From assembly GCA_050949315.1 (NCBI GenBank), contig JBMNFL010000001.1, forward strand, positions 224,001 through 288,000: a stretch of DNA of 64,000 bases, read 5' to 3'. The stretch comes from Bacilli bacterium. GTDB taxonomy: Bacteria > Bacillota_I > Bacilli_A > RFN20 > UBA1709. This document shows, piece by piece, positions 47,160 through 57,280 of the stretch (position 1 is the stretch's first letter; the number at the start of each line of letters is the position of its first letter). Position numbers and translations under genes: made by a program. The notes under the pieces are model-generated. The model worked only from the letters and a program-made list of their open reading frames with translations. It ran no database searches and was not told the origin of the DNA.

Positions 47160-48656
47160 ATGCAACAAAAACCCAAGGGAACTCGTGACTTTTTACCAGA
47201 CGAGACCTTTAAATTACAAATTCTAGAATCGTTAATTCAACAAACTGTTGAAACCTCCTGTTATAGGGAGATTCGCACACCAATTTTTGAACACAGCGAT
47301 GTTTTCGTGCGCAGTTCTGGGGACAGTAGCGACATTGTCAATAAAGAGATGTACAGTTTCTTAGATCGCGGAAATCGTTCGCTTTCTTTAAGGCCTGAAG
47401 GTACGGCTGGGGTGATTAGAGCCTTGGTAGAAAACAAGGCCTATGCCAATGTGGATCTACCGCTTCGTTATTACTACTTAGGCCCATCCTTTCGTTATGA
47501 AAGGCCACAGGCAGGGCGCTTTCGCCAGTTCCAACAACTAGGTGTTGAAAGCATTGGTGTTCGCTCACCCTATCTTGATGCCGAGGTTATTTTACTAGCT
47601 ATTGATGTTTTAAATTCCGTTGGCGTCAACGATTTAAAATTAAAAATCAACAGCATTGGCGATAGCACATCTCGCGATAAATATAAAAAAGCTCTCCAAG
47701 ATTATTTTAAACCCTACTTAGATAAATTATGTGAGGATTGTCAAGTACGCTACGAAAAGAATCCCTTGCGTATTTTAGATTGCAAGATAGATGGCGACAA
47801 AGATTATATGCAAAATTGTCCTAATATTAGCGATTATCTAAGCCAAGAATCTAAGGACTATTTTAAAAAAGTCTTAGAAATTCTCGATGGTTTAGAGATT
47901 GATTATGAAATTGATAACAAATTAGTACGGGGCTTAGACTACTATAATGACACCGTCTTTGAAATCTATGTTAAAGCTCCTTCGGGAACAGATTATGGGG
48001 CGATTATAGCCGGCGGTCGTTATGATCAATTAGTCGAGCAGTTTGGCGGACCAGACATGCCAGCTTTTGGTTTTGGCTTAGGTCTTGATCGCCTTTTAGC
48101 CTTATGTGAAGAATTAGAGGTTTTTAAACCCTATCAAGATAGCATTACCGCTTATATTATGCCTTTAGAAAAGAGTGCTTTTCCCTACGCTTTTTATATT
48201 GCTAACTATCTAAGACTCAATGGTGTTGATGCGGAAATCGATTATCAGATGCGTAGCATTAAATCACAATTTAAGAGTGTAGAACGGAAGAATGCCACCC
48301 TCGCCTTATTAGTTGGTTCCACTGAACATGCTAGTCAAAGCGTAACAGTCAAGATCAATGCCACTAAAGAACAAAAAATTATGCCTCTTGACCAGTTACT
48401 TGATTTTATCCTTAGTTTGCAAGATAAGCATTGTGACTGCAAAGAACACGAACATGATGAACATTGTGGGTGCACCAAACACGAACATGACGAACACTGT
48501 GAGTGCAAAGAACACGAACATGATGAGCACTGTGAGTGCAAAGAACACGAACATGGTGAGCACTGTGACTGTAAAGAACACGAACATGATGAGCGTTGTA
48601 GCAAGCAATCTCATGATAAAAAGGGCACTTGTGCGAAACACAAGGAGGAAAAGTAA
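47160..48656 (+). CDS. hisS: Histidine--tRNA ligase with Cys/His-rich C-terminal extension
   Basis: PKGTRDF, LRPEGTA, FRYERPQAGR, LVRGLDYY, GGRYD. Confidence 0.98.
   Translation: MQQKPKGTRDFLPDETFKLQILESLIQQTVETSCYREIRTPIFEHSDVFVRSSGDSSDIVNKEMYSFLDRGNRSLSLRPEGTAGVIRALVENKAYANVDLPLRYYYLGPSFRYERPQAGRFRQFQQLGVESIGVRSPYLDAEVILLAIDVLNSVGVNDLKLKINSIGDSTSRDKYKKALQDYFKPYLDKLCEDCQVRYEKNPLRILDCKIDGDKDYMQNCPNISDYLSQESKDYFKKVLEILDGLEIDYEIDNKLVRGLDYYNDTVFEIYVKAPSGTDYGAIIAGGRYDQLVEQFGGPDMPAFGFGLGLDRLLALCEELEVFKPYQDSITAYIMPLEKSAFPYAFYIANYLRLNGVDAEIDYQMRSIKSQFKSVERKNATLALLVGSTEHASQSVTVKINATKEQKIMPLDQLLDFILSLQDKHCDCKEHEHDEHCGCTKHEHDEHCECKEHEHDEHCECKEHEHGEHCDCKEHEHDERCSKQSHDKKGTCAKHKEEK
48429..48593 (+). repeat. 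Five tandem 33-bp repeats encoding HCxCKEHEHDE
   Basis: HCDCKEHEHDE/HCGCTKHEHDE/HCECKEHEHDE/HCECKEHEHGE/HCDCKEHEHDE. Confidence 0.95.
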
Positions 48657-48659
48657 CTT

Positions 48660-50390
48660 ATGCTAAGAACACATAATAACGGCGAACTGCGGCGTGAAAA
48701 TATCGGTCAAGTTGTAGAACTGGTCGGTTGGGTAGCTAAAAAGCGGAACCTGGGCTCCTTAGTTTTTATTGATTTGCGTGATCGCTATGGCATCACCCAG
48801 ATTGTCTGTCGGGAAGAGCAAGAAGAAATCTGTCGCAATATCCATAATGAATACATCCTACATGTTAAAGGAGTTGTGGCTTTAAGAGAAAGCATTAATC
48901 CACAGTTACCAACTGGTGATATTGAAATCCTTGTTGATGAAATCTCCATCATCAATACGGCTAATACCACACCTTTAATTATCGCTGATAAGACCGATGC
49001 TTTAGAAGATACTCGTTTGAAGTATCGTTATTTAGATTTAAGAAGACCAGTTATGCAACAAAAACTAATCAAAAGGCATAAGATTATCAAGGCTTTCCGC
49101 GACTATCTTGATGCTCGTGATTTTGTTGAAGTTGAAACGCCGATTTTAACCAGTACCACCCCTGAAGGCGCGAGAGACTATCTTGTACCTTCACGCCTTA
49201 ATCCAGGGCGATTTTATGCCTTGCCTCAATCACCGCAATTGTTCAAACAATTACTGATGATTGCCGGTTTTGAAAAATACTATCAAGTCGCTCGTTGCTT
49301 CCGTGATGAAGATGGTCGCAGTGATCGGCAACCAGACTTCACTCAACTAGATTTAGAAGTCTCTTTCATCGATGAAAAGGAAATAATGGAATTAGTTGAG
49401 AAGATGATGCTTGAGATGTTTAAAAAGGTAGAAAATTACCAGTTCAAAGAAAAGATTAAAACCTATTCCTACCAGGAAGCGATGAATCGTTTTGGTAGTG
49501 ATAAACCGGATACGCGCATCAGTTATGAACTAGTTGATGTTAAAGAAATATTCGCTAACAGTAGTCTAGAATTTCTGAAAAACAAGGAAATAAAGGCTTT
49601 AAATGCTCATAATCTCAATGATAGAATCACACGTAAAGAAATTGATTCTTTAGGTGAAATCGCTAAGAAAAACGGAGCTAGACAACTTGTTTTCTTCCGC
49701 TATCAAGGTCAAACACTAAGTGGCTCTTTAGTCAAGAACATGAGTGAAGAAGAGCAGACTAAACTTGTAAAAACTTTGGCCTTAAAAGATAATGACTTAG
49801 TCTTTTTAGTAGTAGCGGATTATTGGGAGCAAGCCTGCAATGCCTTGGGTCAAGTTCGTTTGACTTTAGGTAAACGCTATGAAAGTGAAAGATTAAAGGG
49901 TTATGACTTGCTTTGGGTCGTTGATTTCCCACTTTTTGAACGCAATGACGATGGTTCATTAGCTGCTGCTCACCATCCCTTTACTAGGCCCTACGATGAA
50001 GATTTAAGCCTGCTAGATACTGAGCCCTTAAAGGTTCGTTCTCACCACTATGATCTAGTTTTAAATGGTTATGAGCTAGGTAGTGGTTCGCTTAGAATTT
50101 ATAATCAAGAAATACAGGAAAAAATCTTTAAAATTATCGGTTTAAGTGAAAAAGAGATCCGCGAGCGCTTTGGTTATTTTGTCGATGCCTTCCAATATGG
50201 CACCCCACCACATGCGGGGATTGGTTTAGGTGTCGATCGCATCGCCATGATCCTAACGGGTAGTGAATCCATTCGTGATGTCATTGCCTTTCCCAAGAAT
50301 GCTTCGGCTATCTGTCCGCTTACCAACGCCCCAACTCCTGCTAGTAAAGAGCAGTTAGAAGAACTTAAAATTGAGGTTAAAAAAGAGTGA
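48660..50390 (+). CDS. aspS: Aspartate--tRNA ligase
   Basis: RTH, FIDLRD, EGARDYLVPSR, LPQSPQ, CFRDED, HHPFT, PPHAG..G.DR. Confidence 0.99.
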   Translation: MLRTHNNGELRRENIGQVVELVGWVAKKRNLGSLVFIDLRDRYGITQIVCREEQEEICRNIHNEYILHVKGVVALRESINPQLPTGDIEILVDEISIINTANTTPLIIADKTDALEDTRLKYRYLDLRRPVMQQKLIKRHKIIKAFRDYLDARDFVEVETPILTSTTPEGARDYLVPSRLNPGRFYALPQSPQLFKQLLMIAGFEKYYQVARCFRDEDGRSDRQPDFTQLDLEVSFIDEKEIMELVEKMMLEMFKKVENYQFKEKIKTYSYQEAMNRFGSDKPDTRISYELVDVKEIFANSSLEFLKNKEIKALNAHNLNDRITRKEIDSLGEIAKKNGARQLVFFRYQGQTLSGSLVKNMSEEEQTKLVKTLALKDNDLVFLVVADYWEQACNALGQVRLTLGKRYESERLKGYDLLWVVDFPLFERNDDGSLAAAHHPFTRPYDEDLSLLDTEPLKVRSHHYDLVLNGYELGSGSLRIYNQEIQEKIFKIIGLSEKEIRERFGYFVDAFQYGTPPHAGIGLGVDRIAMILTGSESIRDVIAFPKNASAICPLTNAPTPASKEQLEELKIEVKKE

Positions 50391-51685
50391 AAATAGGGCT
50401 GATATCTTTAGGCTGTGCCAAAAATTTAGTTGATTCCGAGATGATGCTTGGTCAGCTTAAAAAAGCCCAATATGAATTAACAACAAATCTTGCATTAGCT
50501 GATTTAATCATCATTAATACCTGCGGTTTTATTTTAAGTGCGAAGGAAGAAGCCATTCGCACGATTTTTGAGGTGGCAAGTAAAAAGGAAAGTTGGCAAA
50601 AACTGGTGGTAACAGGTTGTTTAGTCCAACGTTATCTTGATGACTTGATTTATGAAATCCCCGAAGTTGATGCTTTTATAACTATTGATGATTATCAACA
50701 TTTCAATGAAATTATCAGTGATTTAATGATAGATAAGCCCACTAATAGTGGCGGCTTAGATTTTAACTGCCGCGTACTAGCAACACCGCCTTTTACGGCC
50801 TATGTGAGGATTGCCGATGGCTGTGATAATCGCTGCGCTTACTGTGCTATTCCTCTTATCAGAGGGCCTTTTAAATCACGAAAAATTAAGGATATTGTTT
50901 TTGAATGTCAAAACTTGCTTAAAAATGGTGTTAAAGAATTGGTCTTAATCGCTCAGGACACCACGCGTTTTGGTAAGGATAATAATGAAACTCTAGAAGA
51001 TTTACTTGAAGAGGTTTTAGCCTTAAAAGACTTAAAACTTCTGCGCTTGCTCTACCTATATCCAGATGAAATAAGCGAGCGTTTATTGAATATCTTCCAA
51101 AATAATCCTAAAATGGCCGCCTATTTTGATCTACCAATTCAGCATGCCTCTGATAGAATCTTAAAGGCGATGAATCGCCGTGGTAGCCAAGAAGATATTC
51201 GTCGTCTAATTGGTAAAATTCGCCAAAAAGTTCCAAAAGTTATTGTCCGTAGCACCGTGATGGTCGGCTTTCCTGGTGAAGAAAAAGAGGATTATCAAAT
51301 ATTAGAAGACTTTATTAAGGAAATAGAATTTGAGCGCTTAGGAGTTTTTATTTACTCGGCTGAAGAAGACACCAAAGCCTTTACTTTACCAAAGCAGGTT
51401 AGGGAAGAGGAGAAAAAAAGGCGCTACCAAAAATTGATAGAAGTTCAACAAAAAATTGCCCGCAAGAAGAATCAGGCCCGAATTGGTGAAATCACAATGG
51501 CTTTTGTTGAAAGTTATGATGCTAGAAGAAAAAAATATCGCTTGCGCGATTATTCTTTTGCTGGTGATGATGTTGATGGCTATATCTATGTGGAAAGTAA
51601 AGATAAATTAACAATAGGAGCGGAAGTAAAAGTCGAAATTATTGCTAGTTACACCTATGATTTATTAGGTAGACTTATAAAATAA
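50387..51685 (+). CDS. rimO: Ribosomal protein S12 methylthiotransferase RimO
   Basis: SLGCAKNLVDSE, NTCGFI, CxxxCxxC (CDNRCAYC), YLYP, C-terminal TRAM with DG. Confidence 0.93.
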   Translation: MKIGLISLGCAKNLVDSEMMLGQLKKAQYELTTNLALADLIIINTCGFILSAKEEAIRTIFEVASKKESWQKLVVTGCLVQRYLDDLIYEIPEVDAFITIDDYQHFNEIISDLMIDKPTNSGGLDFNCRVLATPPFTAYVRIADGCDNRCAYCAIPLIRGPFKSRKIKDIVFECQNLLKNGVKELVLIAQDTTRFGKDNNETLEDLLEEVLALKDLKLLRLLYLYPDEISERLLNIFQNNPKMAAYFDLPIQHASDRILKAMNRRGSQEDIRRLIGKIRQKVPKVIVRSTVMVGFPGEEKEDYQILEDFIKEIEFERLGVFIYSAEEDTKAFTLPKQVREEEKKRRYQKLIEVQQKIARKKNQARIGEITMAFVESYDARRKKYRLRDYSFAGDDVDGYIYVESKDKLTIGAEVKVEIIASYTYDLLGRLIK

Positions 51686-51707
51686 AAAAACCTCTCGGTT
51701 TTTAAAG

Positions 51708-51781
51708 TGGTGCCGCCTCCCAGAATCGAACTGGGACCGGGTCCTTACCATGGATCTGTTCTACCACTAAACTAAGGCGGC
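51708..51781 (-). tRNA. tRNA-Thr (anticodon GGT)
   Basis: Reverse strand GCCGCCT/AGGCGGC acceptor stem, loop ATGGTAA, GTTCGAT T-loop, encoded CCA. Confidence 0.95.
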
Positions 51782-51921
51782 ATGCCCTAACATTGTAACT
51801 TATTAAGATTTTAGTGTCAATAATCTTAATATAAGAGTGGAAAACAGCGAAAACGCACTAGTAAATAATGTAATTATTTGTTAGAATATTACTACTAAAG
51901 TTAATTAAGGAGGCGGTTGCT

Positions 51922-52674
51922 ATAGCTACACGTGAAGATCTCTATGCCTTATTAGGGAAATATCAAGAATTAAAACATACACATGTTAAAAAATCGCAGG
52001 AATGTGATGAGGAAGCCTTAAAATATTTTGTCTGGCAATGCAATGCTATCGAAAGGAGTTCTTTAACTTTTGAGCAGGTTAAAGATGTCATCGCTTTTGG
52101 AGTTCGCAATGTTACCGACAATAATCGCGAGGAGTTGGAAGCTGCAGGTTTATACGAGGCCATGCGCTATGTTCAAAAACTTGTCGATAACAATGTTGAA
52201 TTAACCGAAGATATCATTAAAGAACTACACAGTTTGCTCTATGTTGGGGCCAGTGAAGATTTTAGGGGGCAATATCGGACTGATTATATCACCATTCCCC
52301 ATGCTCGTAATTTACCACCAGTTCGGCATATTTCTTACTACATGAACAAGTTATTTGAAGAGTATAATAACGAAATGAACAAGATGGATATTATCGAGAA
52401 AATCTCGCTTTTCCATATTAAATTTGAAAACATTCATCCCTTTCAAGATGGTAACGGCCAAGTTGGCCGCTTAATTATCAACTATCAATTGATGCGGGCG
52501 GGCTATCCCTTCATTTCCTTGAAGAATAAAAATAAAAAAGAGTACATCAAAGCCTTTGAATCCTATCATATGGATTTGGATGATCATGAGATGTATCAAT
52601 TAATTGTCAATGCGATTGCCGAAGAATTAGAGGCCAGAATTGAAATCTTAAGTCGTGAAGAAAAAGAAAAATAG
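51922..52674 (+). CDS. Fic-family protein with deviant motifs, apparent ATA start
   Basis: Frame open from 51874; AGGAGG 8 nt before ATA 51922; NAIE-SSLT helix upstream of the annotated TTG 52135; HPFQDGNGQVGR. Confidence 0.85.
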   Translation: MATREDLYALLGKYQELKHTHVKKSQECDEEALKYFVWQCNAIERSSLTFEQVKDVIAFGVRNVTDNNREELEAAGLYEAMRYVQKLVDNNVELTEDIIKELHSLLYVGASEDFRGQYRTDYITIPHARNLPPVRHISYYMNKLFEEYNNEMNKMDIIEKISLFHIKFENIHPFQDGNGQVGRLIINYQLMRAGYPFISLKNKNKKEYIKAFESYHMDLDDHEMYQLIVNAIAEELEARIEILSREEKEK

Positions 52675-52676
52675 TT

Positions 52677-52700
52677 AAAAAGACCAGGCGGTCTTTTTTT
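52677..52700 (+). terminator. Terminator after Fic gene
   Basis: AAAAAGACC-aggc-GGTCTTTTT plus T. Confidence 0.7.
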
Positions 52701-52782
52701 CTTATAAAGTTTTTATCAAAAAACTTTCGTGTAATAAAGTCTTGTGTTATACTAAAAAGGCTTAAAAGAAAGGGGGAGAGCT

Positions 52783-54621
52783 ATGGAAATTCGCAATGTT
52801 GCAATTATCGCTCATGTTGACCATGGTAAAACGACACTTGTTGATCAGTTACTGAGACAATCAGGAACTTTTCGTGAAAATGAAGATATCCGTAGACGAG
52901 TCATGGATAGCAATGATATTGAACGCGAACGTGGTATTACCATCCTTTCTAAATCAACAGCCATAAACTACAAAGATTATCGTATCAATATTCTCGATAC
53001 CCCCGGTCACGCCGATTTTGGTGGGGAAGTTGAGCGTATTATGAATATGGTCGATGGTGTTTTACTCTTAGTTGACGCCTATGAAGGAACCATGCCTCAA
53101 ACCCGCTTTGTTTTAAAAAAGGCCTTAGAAGCCAAGGTAAAACCTTTGGTGGTTATCAATAAAATCGATCGGCCACAGGCTGATCCTATTAAGGCGGTTG
53201 ATGAGGTTTTAGAACTCTTTATTGAGCTCGGTGCTACTGATGATTTACTAGAATTTCCCGTAGTTTATTGTTCCGCTCTCAAAGGTACCTCTTCTTATGA
53301 TTATCAGCTTGAAGGTCAAAAAGAGACGATGGATCCCATCTTTGAGATGATAGTAAAACATATCCCAGCCCCCAAAGTCGAACTCAATGCTCCCTTTCAA
53401 TTCCAAGCAGCTTTATTAGATTATAATGACTATATTGGGCGCATTGGTATTGGTCGAATTAGTAAGGGCAAGGTAAATGTTAATGATATTGTTACCTGCG
53501 TGCGTTTAGATGGCAGTCACAAGCAGTTTAGAGTTCAGAAACTCTATGGTTTCTTGGGTTTAAGACGGACGGAGATAAATGAGGCTTTCGCTGGTGATAT
53601 CGTAGCCATTGGCGGGCTTGAGGATATCAATGTTGGGGAAACAATCTGCGATAGTGAACATCCCATTCCTTTAAAGCCTTTACATATTGATCCTCCAACT
53701 TTACAGATGACTTTTGCGACCAATACTTCCCCATTTGCTGGAACTGAAGGTAAATATGTGACGGCTCGCAAGCTTGAAGAACGCCTCTTTAAAGCCACCC
53801 AAACTGATGTCAGTTTATTAGTTGAACGTTTGCCTAATAGCGAGTCTTGGCTGGTTTCTGGGCGAGGCGAGTTACATCTTTCAATCTTGATTGAAAATAT
53901 GCGACGTGAGGGCTTTGAACTACAGGTTTCTAAACCAAAAGTCATTCTCAAAGAAGTTGATGGGGTCGTGATGGAACCCTACGAAGATTTACAAATTGAT
54001 GTTCCTGAAGAATATGTTGGAGCGATTATGGAAGCTTTAGGGCCTAGAGGGGCCGAATTAGTTAATATGCACACTTCTGAAACCCAAGTTCGCCTCAATT
54101 ATGTTATTCCTTCACGCGGACTTTTAGGCTTTTCTACCGATTTTATGACTTTGACCAAAGGTTATGGCTTAATGAGTCATACTTATAAGGAATACCGCGA
54201 AAGAAAAGGTGTGATGGTCGGTAAACGCAGTCTTGGGGTTTTAGTAGCCACCGATGCGGGCTTAGCAACCCATTACGCCATTGAGCAGATTGAAAGCCGA
54301 GGAACGCTTTTTATTGAACCAGGACGTAAGGTCTATGAGGGGATGATTGTCGGTGAGTGTGCTTATGAAAATGACCTGGCGGTCAATGTAGTTAAAACCA
54401 AGAATCTCTCCAACATGCGATCAGCAGGAAAAGACCATACAGTGGTCTTAAAACGCCCAAGAGTCTTTTCTTTAGAAGTCGCTTTAGATTATATCAATGA
54501 TGATGAATTAGTCGAGATTACCCCCTTAGATTTTCGCTTGCGCAAAGCGATTCTAAATACCAATGAACGCAAGAAATTTGACAGTCGTCAAAAGGAAGGA
54601 AACAAAGATGAAAAAATTTAA
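52783..54621 (+). CDS. typA: Translational GTPase TypA/BipA
   Basis: AHVDHGKTT, RGITI, DTPGHADFGGEVER, GRGELHL, VYEGMIVG. Confidence 0.98.
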   Translation: MEIRNVAIIAHVDHGKTTLVDQLLRQSGTFRENEDIRRRVMDSNDIERERGITILSKSTAINYKDYRINILDTPGHADFGGEVERIMNMVDGVLLLVDAYEGTMPQTRFVLKKALEAKVKPLVVINKIDRPQADPIKAVDEVLELFIELGATDDLLEFPVVYCSALKGTSSYDYQLEGQKETMDPIFEMIVKHIPAPKVELNAPFQFQAALLDYNDYIGRIGIGRISKGKVNVNDIVTCVRLDGSHKQFRVQKLYGFLGLRRTEINEAFAGDIVAIGGLEDINVGETICDSEHPIPLKPLHIDPPTLQMTFATNTSPFAGTEGKYVTARKLEERLFKATQTDVSLLVERLPNSESWLVSGRGELHLSILIENMRREGFELQVSKPKVILKEVDGVVMEPYEDLQIDVPEEYVGAIMEALGPRGAELVNMHTSETQVRLNYVIPSRGLLGFSTDFMTLTKGYGLMSHTYKEYRERKGVMVGKRSLGVLVATDAGLATHYAIEQIESRGTLFIEPGRKVYEGMIVGECAYENDLAVNVVKTKNLSNMRSAGKDHTVVLKRPRVFSLEVALDYINDDELVEITPLDFRLRKAILNTNERKKFDSRQKEGNKDEKI

Positions 54622-55288
54622 ATTTAACTGGTTGATCTATGCGATTATTGCTCTAGCAAGTTTAGTTTTAGCTATCCTAATTATGCCCCCAGTGGCCGTT
54701 ATTGATTCTGAAAAATTTATCTGTGGAGTATTAGCGGCCGGCTTAATCATCTACCTGGTCTTCTACCTTTTAGCCAATGCCTTTAAGTACAAAGAAAAGG
54801 CACTGGAAGTTCAGGTTGTTGTGGCCATAGAACTTTTAGCCATTGCTTATTTCGCCCTTGGCTCCTTTCTTTTAATCTTTGACACCAATATCATCGGAAT
54901 CAATAATATTGTCCGTAATATTGGACGGATAATCGGAGCAACTCTTTGGTTAAGAGCCGTGGTGCTAATTATCAGTGAAGCCAATAGACGCAGTCGACAA
55001 AAGTTTGGCGAATTCTTCATTTATTTAGCAATTATCCTTATAACTTTTGGAACTTATTGTTTCTTCAATGTTAATATTACTTTTGAAACCGTTTGCTGGT
55101 TTATCTTTGTCATCTTCGTGATAGTGGCTATCTTCACTGCTTACTTAGCCGTGCATTTCTATCCTAAACTAACGGCGGAACAAAAGGCCTTAAAAAAGGA
55201 AAGACAAGCCAAAAAGGCAGCGGCAAGAGCCGAGAAAGCTAAATTAGCAGCGGCTAAAGAAAAGGAAAAGGAAACAAAAAAAGATTAG
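54608..55288 (+). CDS. Hypothetical membrane protein (about 6 TM, Lys/Ala-rich tail)
   Basis: Hydrophobic segments; ATG 54608 overlapping typA stop region. Confidence 0.75.
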   Translation: MKKFKFNWLIYAIIALASLVLAILIMPPVAVIDSEKFICGVLAAGLIIYLVFYLLANAFKYKEKALEVQVVVAIELLAIAYFALGSFLLIFDTNIIGINNIVRNIGRIIGATLWLRAVVLIISEANRRSRQKFGEFFIYLAIILITFGTYCFFNVNITFETVCWFIFVIFVIVAIFTAYLAVHFYPKLTAEQKALKKERQAKKAAARAEKAKLAAAKEKEKETKKD

Positions 55289-55305
55289 AAAAAATCTAAT
55301 CTTTT

Positions 55306-56619
55306 TTAATCATTTCTTGCCCGTAAAACCAGTTTAATAGCTGAACCTTCAAAGCCGAAGGCCTCCCGCAACTGATTTTCTAAATAACGCTTGTAACTAA
55401 AGTGTAACCAGTTGGGATTGTTGCAGAACATCACAATGGTAGGTGGCTTAACGGCTGTCTGATGGGCATATTTGATTTTGATACAACCACCATTAAATTC
55501 TGAGGGTGGTGTGAATTGTTGAGCCTCAACTAAAACTTGGTTTAAAAGGCTAGTTTTAACATGTTTAGTTGCCCCCTCATAAGCTAGATTAATGGCCGCA
55601 AATAAAGAGGGTAGACGGCTCTTTTTTAAGGCGGAAACATAAACGATAGGGGCATAACTGAGGAATTTGAATTCCTTTTTTATTTTCTTATCAAATTCCG
55701 CCATAGTTTTCTCATCTTTGATCACCGCATCCCACTTATTGACCACTAACACGATGGCTTTATAACTATCAAGAGCATAACCGACAATGTTTTTATCTTG
55801 TTCGCGCACCCCAGTTATGGCATCGATGAGTAAGAGGACAACATCACTGCGATCAATGGCCATCAAAGCCCGCAGGGCACTATATCGATCAACAGCTTCA
55901 TAATAACGGCCTCTTTTTTTAAGACCAGCGGTATCAATGACCGTGTATTTTTGGCCATCTCTTTCAAAAGAACTATCAACAGCATCTCTAGTGGTGCCCT
56001 CAATTTCCGAAACAATGACTCTTTCTTGGTTGAGTATCGCATTGACGAGACTTGATTTTCCGACATTAGGACGGCCGATTAAACAGAACTTAATGGTGTC
56101 ACTTGCCTCTTCCTCTTCTTCTTTGTTAGGTAAATTTTCTACGATTTTATCTAGTAAATCACCAATGCCAATACCATGCGACGCACTGACGGGTATGGGC
56201 GTTCCAAGACCAAGAGCATAAAAATCATAAATCGCATCTTTTAGATGCGTATCATCAACTTTGTTGGCTACTAAAATAATTGGCTTGTTACTTTTGTGCA
56301 ATATGGAGGTTATCAGTTCTTCATCTTGACTGACACCTGTTCTAGCATCCACGACAAAAACGATGACATCGGCTTCTTCGATAGCAATATTGGCCTGCAT
56401 TCTTATCTCTTCTTGAAAGGGGCGATCTTTTAACTCAATACCCCCCGTATCAATTAGGATAAATTCTTTAGTTAACCAATTAGCCTTAGCATAGAGGCGA
56501 TCTCTTGTTATTCCTTCTTCATCCGAAACAATGGAATAACGGCTACCGATAATTCGGTTAAAAATAGCCGATTTTCCAACATTGGGGCGACCGACAATAG
56601 CAACTTTACCACTAATCAT
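55306..56619 (-). CDS. der: Ribosome biogenesis GTPase Der (EngA)
   Basis: Two GRPNVGKS G-domains, KH-like C-terminus with RYLENQLRE. Confidence 0.98.
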   Translation of the reverse strand: MISGKVAIVGRPNVGKSAIFNRIIGSRYSIVSDEEGITRDRLYAKANWLTKEFILIDTGGIELKDRPFQEEIRMQANIAIEEADVIVFVVDARTGVSQDEELITSILHKSNKPIILVANKVDDTHLKDAIYDFYALGLGTPIPVSASHGIGIGDLLDKIVENLPNKEEEEEASDTIKFCLIGRPNVGKSSLVNAILNQERVIVSEIEGTTRDAVDSSFERDGQKYTVIDTAGLKKRGRYYEAVDRYSALRALMAIDRSDVVLLLIDAITGVREQDKNIVGYALDSYKAIVLVVNKWDAVIKDEKTMAEFDKKIKKEFKFLSYAPIVYVSALKKSRLPSLFAAINLAYEGATKHVKTSLLNQVLVEAQQFTPPSEFNGGCIKIKYAHQTAVKPPTIVMFCNNPNWLHFSYKRYLENQLREAFGFEGSAIKLVLRARND

Positions 56620-57280
56620 TTTCTAATTCCTTAATTTTTTCAATGATAAAATCCGCGGTTTGCGCAATACTCAGTTCTGAATTATCCAAAACAATGGCAT
56701 CATCCGCAATTTTTAAGGGAGCGATATGGCGCGTGGAATCAGCTTGATCACGCCGCATTAAGTCGGCTTTGATAAATTCTAAACTCAAGTTAAGTCCCCG
56801 AGCTTTATTTTCTAGATAGCGTCTTTTTGCCCTTTCATCATAAGAGGCAGTTAGATAGATTTTTAAGGAAGCATTAGGGAAAACATAGGTTCCGATATCG
56901 CGGCCATCTAAAATAACACTATTGCTACTTTGATTGACGATCTTGCGCTGTTGCTCAACCATCGCTTCGCGCACTGCTTCATAAGCACAAACTTTAGAAA
57001 CCCAGGTTGTAACTTCATTACCCCGGATTTTTTCAGAAACATCCTGGCCATTTAAGAAAAAGCGTTGATCTTTAATTAAAATTTGCGCCTGTTTGAGGAT
57101 TTTATTGATAGCTAATTCATCATTGGGATTAAGCTTTTTTTCTAAAACGAAAAGAGTAAAGCAACGATACATTGCTCCAGTGTCTAAATAATCAAAACCT
57201 AAGCGTCTAGCTACTTCTTTGGCTACCGTACTCTTACCACTGGCTGCGGGACCATCAATGGCAATAATTAATTTGCACAT
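56612..57280 (-). CDS. cmk: Cytidylate kinase
   Basis: IAIDGPAASGKST, LDTGAMYR, DGRDIGT, RRD..D; ATG at 57280 after GGAGG. Confidence 0.97.
   Translation of the reverse strand: MCKLIIAIDGPAASGKSTVAKEVARRLGFDYLDTGAMYRCFTLFVLEKKLNPNDELAINKILKQAQILIKDQRFFLNGQDVSEKIRGNEVTTWVSKVCAYEAVREAMVEQQRKIVNQSSNSVILDGRDIGTYVFPNASLKIYLTASYDERAKRRYLENKARGLNLSLEFIKADLMRRDQADSTRHIAPLKIADDAIVLDNSELSIAQTADFIIEKIKELEND

Noticed and set aside
48429-48593. Possible CRISPR array
   Set aside because: Head-to-tail coding repeats without unique spacers; no cas genes in the window
48335-48666. Repetitive ORFs in alternative frames (48358-48666 +, 48335-48604 -, 48396-48641 -)
   Set aside because: Shadows of the 33-bp repeat within hisS; no RBS
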